A stretch of 64,000 bases of DNA from an uncultured Trueperella sp. GTDB taxonomy: Bacteria; Actinomycetota; Actinomycetes; Actinomycetales; Actinomycetaceae. The stretch covers positions 5,410 to 69,409 of the forward strand of contig CAYFNA010000001.1 in the NCBI GenBank assembly GCA_964344395.1. The letters run 5' to 3'. The notes below the pieces were generated by a model. The model saw nothing but the letters and a program-made list of their open reading frames with translations, did not search any database and was not told the DNA's origin. Below, piece by piece: positions 56,530-64,000 of the stretch. How positions within the stretch are numbered: position 1 is the first letter of the stretch; the number at the start of each line of letters is the position of its first letter. Both the position numbers and the translations under genes were made by a program.

Positions 56530-58203
56530 CTAGTTCAACTTTCCTGCTGCGTGCAGTGCTGCGATGTATCCAAAGACGACGCCCTGGCCAATGGTCGCGC
56601 CTGCGCCTGGGTACACCTTGCCGAACGCGTTTCCGGCGGCGTTGCCGATGGCATACAGGCCCTCGATCGGTTCTCCGCTCGGCGTCAGCGCACGGCCATA
56701 TTCGTCCGCGCTTACACCGCCACAGGTTCCAAGGTCTCCCGGCACGACCTCGATTGCGTAATACGGCCCCTTCCCCAGTGGCCTCAAGCACGGGTTCGGC
56801 GTGTTGGTCGGATCTCCGTAGTAGCGGTCGTAATGGGTGTTGCCTCGCTGGAAATCGTCGTCGTTCGCTTGGGCCGCAAGTACGTTAAAGTGCTCGACTC
56901 CGTCAGGAAGACCTTCCACGCCCATCTTCGCGGCCAACTCCTGAATCGTGTCCGCCTTGAACGCAATGCCGGCCTCGTACCACTCCTCGGGAAGCGGCAT
57001 ACCCGGCATCACACCACCGCCGAACACGTAGCTATCGCGGTACTTCTGGTCGAAAATGAGCCACGCGGGAAGATGTGGTTCCTCGCCGTCGTCCATGCCG
57101 AGCATGGTCTTGCCCGCCCTCATGTAGTCGATTGATTCGTTCATGAACCGATGGCCCGTCTTATCCACGATTAGGCAGCCGGGCAGCGAGCGCTCAGCGA
57201 GCAGAACTGCAGGTCCGGCGTCCTTGCTGACGGGCTTAATGGCCGGGAACCACCAGGTCTGATCCATGAGCACGAGCTCTGCGCCGATGGACTCGGCCAT
57301 CTTGTGCACCTCGCCCGTTGCGCCCGGATTGCCGAACTGCCAGCCGTCCTCGAGGTGTTCAGACTGGTACCTGTGGCGCATTTCCATGTTGCGATCGAAA
57401 CCGCCGTTGGCCAAGATGACGGCCTTCTTTGCGTTGATGCGCACGTCCTTGCCGTTGGAGTTCACCACGACGCCGACCACGCGGTCCCCGTCCTTAATCA
57501 GTTCGGTAACGCCGGCATTGTTGCGCAGGGTGACCCCCGCTGCCTTCGCTCCGGCGTACAGGCCAGCGGCGAGCGCCAGGCCGCCCGCAACGTACTCGCG
57601 CTTGAGAGCCATGCCACCGACCCCCTGCGCGAGGCGCTTGGTGATCTTCGGGAAAGCCTTCACCGGCTTGCGCCTCATGAGGTTCATCCACTTGTAGTCC
57701 ACGGACGTCACAGGCATCGGCACGGGAGCTTTCATCTTCCCCGAACGCACGAGTTCGGCGTCGTCGCCAAGACTCTTGACGTCGAACGGCTTCGCCTCTA
57801 AGGAACGGCCAATGGCGGAGCCTCCCTCGACGTCCGAGTAGTAATCCGCGTACTCTGGCATGTGCATGAGCTCGAGCGGCGTGTAACGCTCGATGGCGTC
57901 AGCGACGACGGGCGCGTACTTGACGAACGCTGAGCGGCGCTCACGTGGCGAATCGTCGCCGGACAGGTGATCAAGGTAGGTCTCAACGCGCTGCGGCGTG
58001 TCCACTACCCCATTGCGCTCGATCACCGAGGCGTTCGGCATCCACATGCCGCCGCCGGACATCGCAGTTGATCCGCCAAACACTTCCGTCTTTTCAACAA
58101 CGATTGTTGAAAGCCCATTCTTTGCCGCAGTAATCGCGGCCATCAAACCAGTACCCGAGCCGACGACGACGACGTCGTAGCTCTCGTCCCACGTATGTTC
58201 CAT
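56530..58203 (-). CDS. FAD-dependent oxidoreductase, 3-oxosteroid 1-dehydrogenase (KstD)/fumarate-reductase-flavoprotein-like family
   Basis: N-terminal dinucleotide fold YDVVVVGSGTGLMAAITAAKNGLSTIVVEKTEVFGGSTAMSGGGMWMP and C-terminal GLYAIGNAAG. 557 aa. Substrate unknown. Confidence 0.8.
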   Translation of the reverse strand: MEHTWDESYDVVVVGSGTGLMAAITAAKNGLSTIVVEKTEVFGGSTAMSGGGMWMPNASVIERNGVVDTPQRVETYLDHLSGDDSPRERRSAFVKYAPVVADAIERYTPLELMHMPEYADYYSDVEGGSAIGRSLEAKPFDVKSLGDDAELVRSGKMKAPVPMPVTSVDYKWMNLMRRKPVKAFPKITKRLAQGVGGMALKREYVAGGLALAAGLYAGAKAAGVTLRNNAGVTELIKDGDRVVGVVVNSNGKDVRINAKKAVILANGGFDRNMEMRHRYQSEHLEDGWQFGNPGATGEVHKMAESIGAELVLMDQTWWFPAIKPVSKDAGPAVLLAERSLPGCLIVDKTGHRFMNESIDYMRAGKTMLGMDDGEEPHLPAWLIFDQKYRDSYVFGGGVMPGMPLPEEWYEAGIAFKADTIQELAAKMGVEGLPDGVEHFNVLAAQANDDDFQRGNTHYDRYYGDPTNTPNPCLRPLGKGPYYAIEVVPGDLGTCGGVSADEYGRALTPSGEPIEGLYAIGNAAGNAFGKVYPGAGATIGQGVVFGYIAALHAAGKLN

Positions 58204-58317
58204 TCGAAATTACCTCCTTGGTCATCGTTTCGTTCATTATGTCGAAGGTCGCTGGCCTTATCTATGGCAAGCGCGGATAACCGGGTCAAGTGAGAATCGG
58301 CGTGCTGAAAGTCTCAG

Positions 58318-58860
58318 TTAGGACCATTCAAAATACGAGTCCACAACTCTGAGGGCTAGCCGCGTTCTGGACCACGCGCCCGGAGTCTCGAGCAGGAGAA
58401 TGGCACCCTGGACCATCGCGAGGAGCACGTGGAGATCCTCGACGCTCGTGCTCGGCGGCACCTCTCCCCTGCTGATGGACTGCTCAAGTAGCTCGCTCAC
58501 GAATTCAAGGTACCGGGTACGCAACGGTCCAAGGTTTCCGACTTGTTCGGGTTCCTCGACGAATATGCTGATGAGGTTGGGCGATTGCGTGACCTGAACC
58601 GCGTAGCCTTCGATCACGCGTCTCAGGCTGCCGGACGCCTCCTCGCTCGCCAGGGTTTCCAGATGATCGAGCTGCTGCTCGTAAATGCCGTGGATGAGCT
58701 CCTCGCGGCCCGAGAAGTTTCGGTAGAAGGTCGCTCGACCGACGCCCGCCTCTGAGTACACGAGCTCGAGGGGCGCCTCCACTCCATGGTGAGCGAAGAC
58801 CCGCTTGGCAGCGAGAACGATCCTCTCGCGGTTCCTGCGCGCATCTCGTCGACGTGTCAT
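58318..58860 (-). CDS. TetR-family transcriptional regulator
   Basis: The ATG at 58860 gives MTRRRDARRNRERIVLAAKRVFAHHGVEAPLELVYSEAGVGRATFYRNF, a TetR HTH. It lies directly upstream of, and co-directional with, the oxidoreductase gene. Confidence 0.85.
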   Translation of the reverse strand: MTRRRDARRNRERIVLAAKRVFAHHGVEAPLELVYSEAGVGRATFYRNFSGREELIHGIYEQQLDHLETLASEEASGSLRRVIEGYAVQVTQSPNLISIFVEEPEQVGNLGPLRTRYLEFVSELLEQSISRGEVPPSTSVEDLHVLLAMVQGAILLLETPGAWSRTRLALRVVDSYFEWS

Positions 58861-58958
58861 ACCTTTAGAATACGGCCTTGACCACGGAAATAGGTGCCGG
58901 TGAGCAGGGCACGAAAAACCCCGCGAGGTCGATCCTCGCGGGGCAATCAAAGAGTTCG

Positions 58959-59519
58959 TTACATGACGTTGCGTCGTGCACGGCGAGCGGCGAGCTCATC
59001 GACGACGCCGTCGTCCTCCGCACGCTCCGTAGGAAGCTCGGCAAGATCGCCTTCGACCTCGCGCCATACCCTGCCCACGGCAATTCCGAAGACGCCCTGT
59101 CCCCCTTGAATGAGGTCAATGACTTCGTCATTCGACGTGCACAGGTACACCGATGCGCCATCGCTCATGAGCGTGACGGCTGCGAGATCCTCGACGCCGT
59201 ACTCCTTGAGTTGCTCGATCGCCGAACGGATCTGCGGAAGCGAGACTCCCGTATCCAAAAGCCGCTTAACGACCTTGATCACAAGGATGTCGCGGAACGA
59301 GTACAAGCGCTGGGTGCCTGAGCCCTTCGCGGAGCGGATTGATGGCTCAATCAGCCCGGTACGGTCCCAGTAATCAAGCTGACGGTATGTGATGCCTACT
59401 GCGCGGCACACGGCAGGTCCACGGTAGCCGGTCTCGGTGTCGAGATCAGGCACCTGGCCGCCAAACAGCATTCCCTGTGCAAGCTGCGGTTGTGCGCCCT
59501 GTGCAAATGCGTCACTCAC
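58959..59519 (-). CDS. MerR-family transcriptional regulator
   Basis: MerR HTH (RAVGITYRQLDYWDRTGLIEPS...RLYSFRDILVIKVVKRLLDTGVSLPQIR). The GTG at 59519 lies 6 nt after AAGGAGG; the ORF opens at 59534. Confidence 0.8.
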   Translation of the reverse strand: MSDAFAQGAQPQLAQGMLFGGQVPDLDTETGYRGPAVCRAVGITYRQLDYWDRTGLIEPSIRSAKGSGTQRLYSFRDILVIKVVKRLLDTGVSLPQIRSAIEQLKEYGVEDLAAVTLMSDGASVYLCTSNDEVIDLIQGGQGVFGIAVGRVWREVEGDLAELPTERAEDDGVVDELAARRARRNVM

Positions 59520-59549
59520 GTCAGCCTCCTTCAAATTGGTTCACGTTCT

Positions 59550-59578
59550 AGCCTAAACCTGATTCACACCGTTCTCAA
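59550..59578 (-). promoter_or_regulatory. candidate promoter of the MerR gene
   Basis: On the minus strand: TTGAGA (59578-59573), a 17-nt spacer, then TAGGCT (59555-59550). It lies about 30 nt upstream of the GTG at 59519. Confidence 0.3.
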
Positions 59579-59648
59579 TGAGGTTGGTTCAAGCGTGGTC
59601 GGTGTGTCTCAGTGCCGTGTCTGAAGTATAACTTTAAGTATTGCTCCC

Positions 59649-60398
59649 CTATCGAAGCTGGACGTCGATGTTTTCTGTGAGAAGCGCCCGGTAGAGATTC
59701 GTCAGCATCGTCGCCATTTCAGCCGATTCGTTCACGACGCGCTCCTTGGCAACCGGCGTGTTCCGTGCGCGCTCGGTCGCCAGACGCGCCACAACATTGG
59801 CCGCATGGGCGTGGGCGGAGTTGCGCACCTGACGCAGGCTGCGAAGATCCAAGCCGGCCTCTGAGAGCATCTTTGAAAAGCGCACGATATCGACGGCCTG
59901 CGCCGTCAGCCTCCCCCGCGCGTCTGGAATGAGCATGCCCGTGGAGATGAGCTGATCGATGTCCTGATAGGAGGCACCTGTCAGCGCCGCAAGTTCGTCC
60001 TTCTGAATGCGCGTGCCCGGGCTTGGCCTTGCCTCTGTTCCCGTAGGTAGCGCCCGCATTCGGCCCGGGTGCTCCTGGTTGGTCTCGCCGGCGTCGAGCT
60101 GGCGAAGCATGTCTTTGATCTGTGGAAGGGGCACGTAGCGGTCGCGTTGTTCGACGAGAATGAAACGAAGGCGCTCGACGTCCGCTAGGGAAAACAAGCG
60201 CTGGTTCGACTCTGTACGGTGTGGCTCAATCAAGCCCTGAGACTCGAAGTAGCGAATTTTCGATGCCGCCAAGAACGGGAACTCATGCCGAAGGTGAATT
60301 GTGACCTCACCGATTTTCAGTGTCGGTTCATGAGAGACGTCGTGGGGCCACGTGCTTGGAAATTCAACGCTCCAAGCCTTGTTGGCCGTCGGAGTCAT
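59649..60398 (-). CDS. MerR-family regulator (FtsR / Rv1828-like)
   Basis: MerR HTH (LKIGEVTIHLRHEFPFLAASKIRYFESQGLIEPHR...RLFSLADVERLRFIL). It lies immediately downstream of garA with an ATGA overlap, as in the conserved garA-merR cluster. Confidence 0.75.
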   Translation of the reverse strand: MTPTANKAWSVEFPSTWPHDVSHEPTLKIGEVTIHLRHEFPFLAASKIRYFESQGLIEPHRTESNQRLFSLADVERLRFILVEQRDRYVPLPQIKDMLRQLDAGETNQEHPGRMRALPTGTEARPSPGTRIQKDELAALTGASYQDIDQLISTGMLIPDARGRLTAQAVDIVRFSKMLSEAGLDLRSLRQVRNSAHAHAANVVARLATERARNTPVAKERVVNESAEMATMLTNLYRALLTENIDVQLR

Positions 60399-60847
60399 TG
60401 ACCCGCCTGAGGTGAGGCGTAGAAGGTGAGCTGGAACTTGCCAATCCGAACTTCATCACCGTCGGAAAGCTTGGCCTCTTCCACCTGCTGCATATTGACG
60501 TAAGTGCCGTTGAGCGAACCCGTGTCCTGAACGTAAAAATCGTGACCCGAGCGAATGAAGAATGCGTGCTTGCGCGACACCGTCACGTCGTCGAGGAAGA
60601 TGTCGGACTTGGGGTGGCGCCCGACCGTCGTCGAATCCTCGTTGAGGAGGAAACGTGCGCCCGCATTCGCGCCGCTACGCGCGATCAGGAGCGCTGAGGT
60701 GGCAGGGAGAGCATTGATGGTGGCAACATCTTCGGCGTCGAGCCCCCTGGGCGTTGCCTGCGTGTCAAACTGCGACGGACTGATTGCTGAAAACCGCGAG
60801 GTCGAGATCGGATCCTCGTCCTGAGGCTGAACTTCAAAGTCTGCCAT
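60395..60847 (-). CDS. garA: FHA-domain regulator GarA/OdhI
   Basis: FHA core SGANAGARFLLNEDSTTVGRHPKSDIFLDDVTVSRKHAFF...DTGSLNGTYVN. N-terminal Ser/Thr-containing tail (PISTSRF). ATG at 60847; the ORF opens at 60874. Confidence 0.85.
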   Translation of the reverse strand: MADFEVQPQDEDPISTSRFSAISPSQFDTQATPRGLDAEDVATINALPATSALLIARSGANAGARFLLNEDSTTVGRHPKSDIFLDDVTVSRKHAFFIRSGHDFYVQDTGSLNGTYVNMQQVEEAKLSDGDEVRIGKFQLTFYASPQAGQ

Positions 60848-60929
60848 TGCTACCCCTATCCAATTGCCGTTCATCCAACTTTAGCCCACCTCGAGAAAAG
60901 TGTCACCGTTAGATAACGATTGTGAGACT

Positions 60930-63443
60930 TCATATTACCTGCGCTGCGGCCTGCGCGCGCAGTGTCCGAAGATGTTCATCGTGACAGTCAATAATGATCT
61001 TTCGGAGAGCGGCCGGGGCATCGGAACTGGCGTCAATCCAGGCCTTCGCGGCCACCGCCTGCGGGTTCTCATCCGGTGCATCGCCTGCCTCGAGATCGGT
61101 CGCGGGGTACAGACCGTAAATGAGTCGCTCAGAGATCTCCTGCGAGTGGGCCCCCCAGATTGTCACGAGTTGGTCAAAGTAATCCGGTAGCGCTGCAATC
61201 ATCTGCGTCACCCGCAGCGGCTGGTTCAAACCAGCGATCAGCGCCGAGACGTGATCGTTGGACAGCGTGCCCGACATGACCTTCGCAAGCGCGTCGGTGG
61301 TGGAACCGGGCAGGCTTGCGCTCGCCTGCAGATGCGCGACGACGTCGGCAGCAGTCCCAGTCTTCGCCAGCTCCTCGTCCAGGACGTCGGCGCCAATGGC
61401 ACCGGTGGCCGCGCGTGCCGTGAGCAGTTTCCATCGCAAGTCCTGATCATCCACGTCATCGAGCACGCGCATGATGACGTCGTCCCTATTTGGTAGCGCC
61501 GCACCCGCGCGCGCCATCGCACGTGTCCAAATGAGGCGCGTGTCGGGATCGTCCGTCTCTCGCGCGTGAGCCGCGGCGTCAAAGAGCGCGGCGAGTTCGG
61601 CGTCGCGCACATGCTTCGGCGTGTAGCGCAGAAGCCCTGCCAACGCGTTATTGACTCGGGTAGCGAGGAGGTGCGAGCGGACGCTCCCGCCTGAGCGCGC
61701 CGCGAACTGCGCAAAGTCGGCAGCGGGCAGCTTCGCATCGCGCACCATCTCCCACAGCGCCGATGTGACCACGGACTGCGCCAGTGGATCGTCGAGCTCG
61801 AAGGACAGGGCCGCGTCGGCAGAGCGTTCGTCGAAATCGACCTTGATATAGGACAGCGCCTGGTCGTTGGGCAGGATGAGGTCCACGCCCTCCCCGCCGA
61901 GATCCTCCCACGTGATCGTGAGCTCGTCGCGCAGTTCGACGTCGATCTCCCCCGCCTTGCTCAATGTGGTGCCATCGCTTGTCCATCCGGAGACGTGCAA
62001 CAGGTGCGGTCGCGTGATTGGCTCACCCGTCAGTGGCTCGGTTCCCACCTGGGTCAGCACGGCGCCTTCGGGTGTTCGGTTCACGACGACGTTCGAGACG
62101 CCCGCGCTTCGAAGCCATTGATCGACCCAGTCACCCAGGTCCTTACCGGAGGTCTCCTCGAGCGTCGTGTTGCCGAAAGCGTTGTCCTTGAACAGCTTTG
62201 CAGCTCCCGCGAAGAAGGCTGGCTCGCCCACGAATGCGACGAGCTGGCGAAGTACCGCGGCGCCCTTGGCGTAGGTGATGCCGTCGAAGGCCTGATCTGC
62301 CGCTTCAAGATCCGGGATGTCAGCAATAATCGGGTGGGTCGTTGGATACTGGTCATTGCGCAGTGCCCACGCCACGCGCGCGCCGGCGAAGTTCTCCCAC
62401 GCCTCGCTGTATTGTGTTGCGGCTGCCATTGTCCACGCGCCGAGGAACTCTGCAAAAGATTCGTTGAGCCACAGGTCATCCCACCACACGGGAGTTACGA
62501 GATCGCCGAACCACATGTGGCTCATCTCGTGAAGAATAGTATTGGCGCGCCCCGCCCTCTGGGCCCTCGTGGATTCGCCTCGGTAGACGAAGGCGTCCTC
62601 GGAGAAGGTCACGCAACCGGGATTCTCCATCGCGCCGAGGTTGTATTCGGGCACGAAGACGGAATCGTACTTGCCCCACACGTAGGGGTAGTCGAAGACC
62701 TTGGGCAGGAGCTGAAGACCCTGCTTCGTGACGCTCGAAATGTCCTCGAGATCAAAGTGCTCTTTGAGTGATTCGCGGCAGAAGAATCCGAGATCGATCG
62801 TCTCGCCCTCTACCTGCACAGAATCGCTGAACCGATGATACGGGCCACCAATGAAAGCGGTGAGGTAGGTAGAGATGGGCTTCGTCGTCGTGAACGTCCT
62901 GCGGGTAAGAGGATCTCCGAGCGAATTCGTGCCGGAATTGGTTTCCTCAATCTGCGCGCCGTTGGAGAGCATGACCCACTCGGCCGGACCGGTCATGGAC
63001 ACCGTGTAGGTGGCTTTGAGATCCGGCTGCTCGAAGTTTGGAAAGACGCGCCGCGCGTCGGCAGGCTCAAACTGACTGTAGAGGTACGTCTGATTATCGA
63101 CGGGGTCACGGAACCTGTGGAGCCCCTCCCCTGTGGTGGAGTACGTGCCGTGCGCGTGAACGCTGACCGTGTGCTCTCCCTGGGGAATGTCGAGGTGAAT
63201 GCGCGCGCCGTCGAACGAAAATGGCACGTCGGCGCCGTCGATACCTACGTACACGACGTCGTGGCCGATGAAATCGATGAACGTGGACGCCGGCTCGCTC
63301 GCGGTGAGAGCGATAGAACTGACGACGTCGAAATGGCTAGTTTCGGCTGGCGCTTCGCTGACGTCGAGGTCAATCGAGTAAGACTCGAGAGTCAGGACGG
63401 CGGCACGGGCACGGGCTTCAGAGCGCTTCAAGTTTTCGTTCAC
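60930..63443 (-). CDS. pepN: aminopeptidase N (M1 family)
   Basis: GAMENPG exopeptidase motif and the HEMSHMWFGDLVT...WLNESFAE zinc motif; 837 aa. Confidence 0.95.
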   Translation of the reverse strand: MNENLKRSEARARAAVLTLESYSIDLDVSEAPAETSHFDVVSSIALTASEPASTFIDFIGHDVVYVGIDGADVPFSFDGARIHLDIPQGEHTVSVHAHGTYSTTGEGLHRFRDPVDNQTYLYSQFEPADARRVFPNFEQPDLKATYTVSMTGPAEWVMLSNGAQIEETNSGTNSLGDPLTRRTFTTTKPISTYLTAFIGGPYHRFSDSVQVEGETIDLGFFCRESLKEHFDLEDISSVTKQGLQLLPKVFDYPYVWGKYDSVFVPEYNLGAMENPGCVTFSEDAFVYRGESTRAQRAGRANTILHEMSHMWFGDLVTPVWWDDLWLNESFAEFLGAWTMAAATQYSEAWENFAGARVAWALRNDQYPTTHPIIADIPDLEAADQAFDGITYAKGAAVLRQLVAFVGEPAFFAGAAKLFKDNAFGNTTLEETSGKDLGDWVDQWLRSAGVSNVVVNRTPEGAVLTQVGTEPLTGEPITRPHLLHVSGWTSDGTTLSKAGEIDVELRDELTITWEDLGGEGVDLILPNDQALSYIKVDFDERSADAALSFELDDPLAQSVVTSALWEMVRDAKLPAADFAQFAARSGGSVRSHLLATRVNNALAGLLRYTPKHVRDAELAALFDAAAHARETDDPDTRLIWTRAMARAGAALPNRDDVIMRVLDDVDDQDLRWKLLTARAATGAIGADVLDEELAKTGTAADVVAHLQASASLPGSTTDALAKVMSGTLSNDHVSALIAGLNQPLRVTQMIAALPDYFDQLVTIWGAHSQEISERLIYGLYPATDLEAGDAPDENPQAVAAKAWIDASSDAPAALRKIIIDCHDEHLRTLRAQAAAQVI

Positions 63444-63513
63444 TTCTCCATTGTCGCGTCACTAAATCGGTGTTTCAAATTGCAACGGGAGCGCCACCTG
63501 TTAGTTTAGAGCG

Positions 63514-64000
63514 ATGAATTTTCTATATGCGCTAGTTCGCCAGCCATCACCGCGGATGGCCGAGGGTCAGCTCACACACCTAGAAGAATCCGACGTCGAT
63601 CCTGATCTGGCTCTTGAGCAGTGGCATCAGTACTGCGACATCCTCCGCGACTACACGGAGGTTATCGAGGTTGAGGCGACGCCGGAATACCCCGATTCCA
63701 TCTTCGTGGAAGACATGGTGTTTACCTACGACAGGGCGTTGGGGTCACCGCGACTCCGGTTGATCACGCGCTTCACCTGAAGTCGTGTCTGACTGCATTG
63801 CCAGACGGCGCCTTCATCTCGCACGAGGACTACTCTCCCCCGGCGAAGGACTTCCCCGGCCTGCGTTACGTGCCTGAGTTCTTTGGCACCTAGGTGGTGT
63901 TACTTGGCGTCCACTCCATCCTCATGAGCGAGTCTGCGCCACGCACAGCCGAGCTTCTGCGCGGCGAGGGCTTCGACGTCATCACCACTCCCCTGACGGA
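63514..64000 (+). pseudogene. decayed dimethylarginine dimethylaminohydrolase (DDAH/amidinotransferase-family) gene, runs off the window
   Basis: The first 88 codons match the DDAH N-terminus (ALVRQPSPRMAEGQLTHLE...PDSIFVEDMVF), then the frame stops at 63778. A different frame continues LTALPDGAFISHEDYSPPAKDFPGLRYVPEFFGT, hits an in-frame TAG at 63890-63892, then reads VVLLGVHSILMSESAPRTAELLRGEGFDVITTPLT (DDAH C-terminal region). Roughly 90 central residues are missing. Confidence 0.7.

Noticed and set aside
59535-59648. Gap between the two MerR genes, where mycobacteria encode a DUF151 bifunctional nuclease (Rv1829)
   Set aside because: The 114-nt gap is too short to encode the protein, and I could not recognise a remnant. 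It is more simply the promoter region of the downstream MerR gene, which is annotated as a candidate promoter.
1-64000. Window-wide search by eye for CRISPR arrays, IS elements or transposases, integrases, prophage genes, tRNA/rRNA genes and toxin-antitoxin or defence islands
   Set aside because: No regularly spaced direct repeats, no transposase, integrase or recombinase-like translations, and no cloverleaf-like or rRNA-like segments were seen. The intergenic gaps are short and accounted for by promoters, terminators and one riboswitch.

Overview
GC-rich actinobacterial chromosomal core region, Actinomycetales/Bifidobacteriales-like by gene content. I call about 55 protein genes, almost all housekeeping.

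Gene order follows several conserved actinobacterial blocks. I name these by their M. tuberculosis counterparts from memory:
- gloB-like/hisS ... aspS ... rarA ... alaS-ruvX-mltG-aroE-(A24 peptidase)-aroC-aroK-aroB ... efp-nusB (Rv2581c to Rv2533c)
- carA-carB-mihF-gmk-rpoZ-coaBC-metK-priA-fmt-rsmB-rpe (Rv1383 to Rv1408)
- hisE-hisG ... pafB-pafC ... helY (Rv2122c to Rv2092c)
- lnt/ppm1-rbpA (Rv2051c, Rv2050)
- MerR-MerR(FtsR-like)-garA (Rv1830 to Rv1827), then pepN

I found no rRNA, tRNA, CRISPR array, transposase, integrase or prophage genes. I also found no obvious multi-gene defence or novel-system island.

The main signals are reductive-evolution signatures and regulatory elements:
1. A textbook FMN riboswitch sits where the rib operon normally lies. 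It appears to control a permease plus binding-protein ABC cassette with no ATPase (RibXY-like).
2. carA is reduced to its N-terminal domain only, with no glutaminase domain. It is translationally coupled to an intact carB, and pyrR/pyrB/pyrC/pyrF are absent from their usual flanks.
3. An exact match to the mycobacterial RecA-independent/PafBC DNA-damage promoter motif (TGTCGGTG-N8-TAGACT) is positioned to drive a leaderless rarA. pafB-pafC are in the same window, but the Pup-proteasome genes are missing from their syntenic position.
4. The aroE-position protein has lost the catalytic Lys/Asp motifs. There is also an aroK-aroB fusion followed by a diverged second shikimate-kinase-like gene.
5. 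A 6-TM P1B ATPase carries a TPCP signature.
6. An MMPL transporter has a tandem-repeat helical insert.
7. Several clear intrinsic terminators are present, one of them inside the first codons of coaBC.
8. A decayed DDAH gene lies at the right edge.

All calls rest on reading the supplied translations and the DNA by eye. No database search was run.
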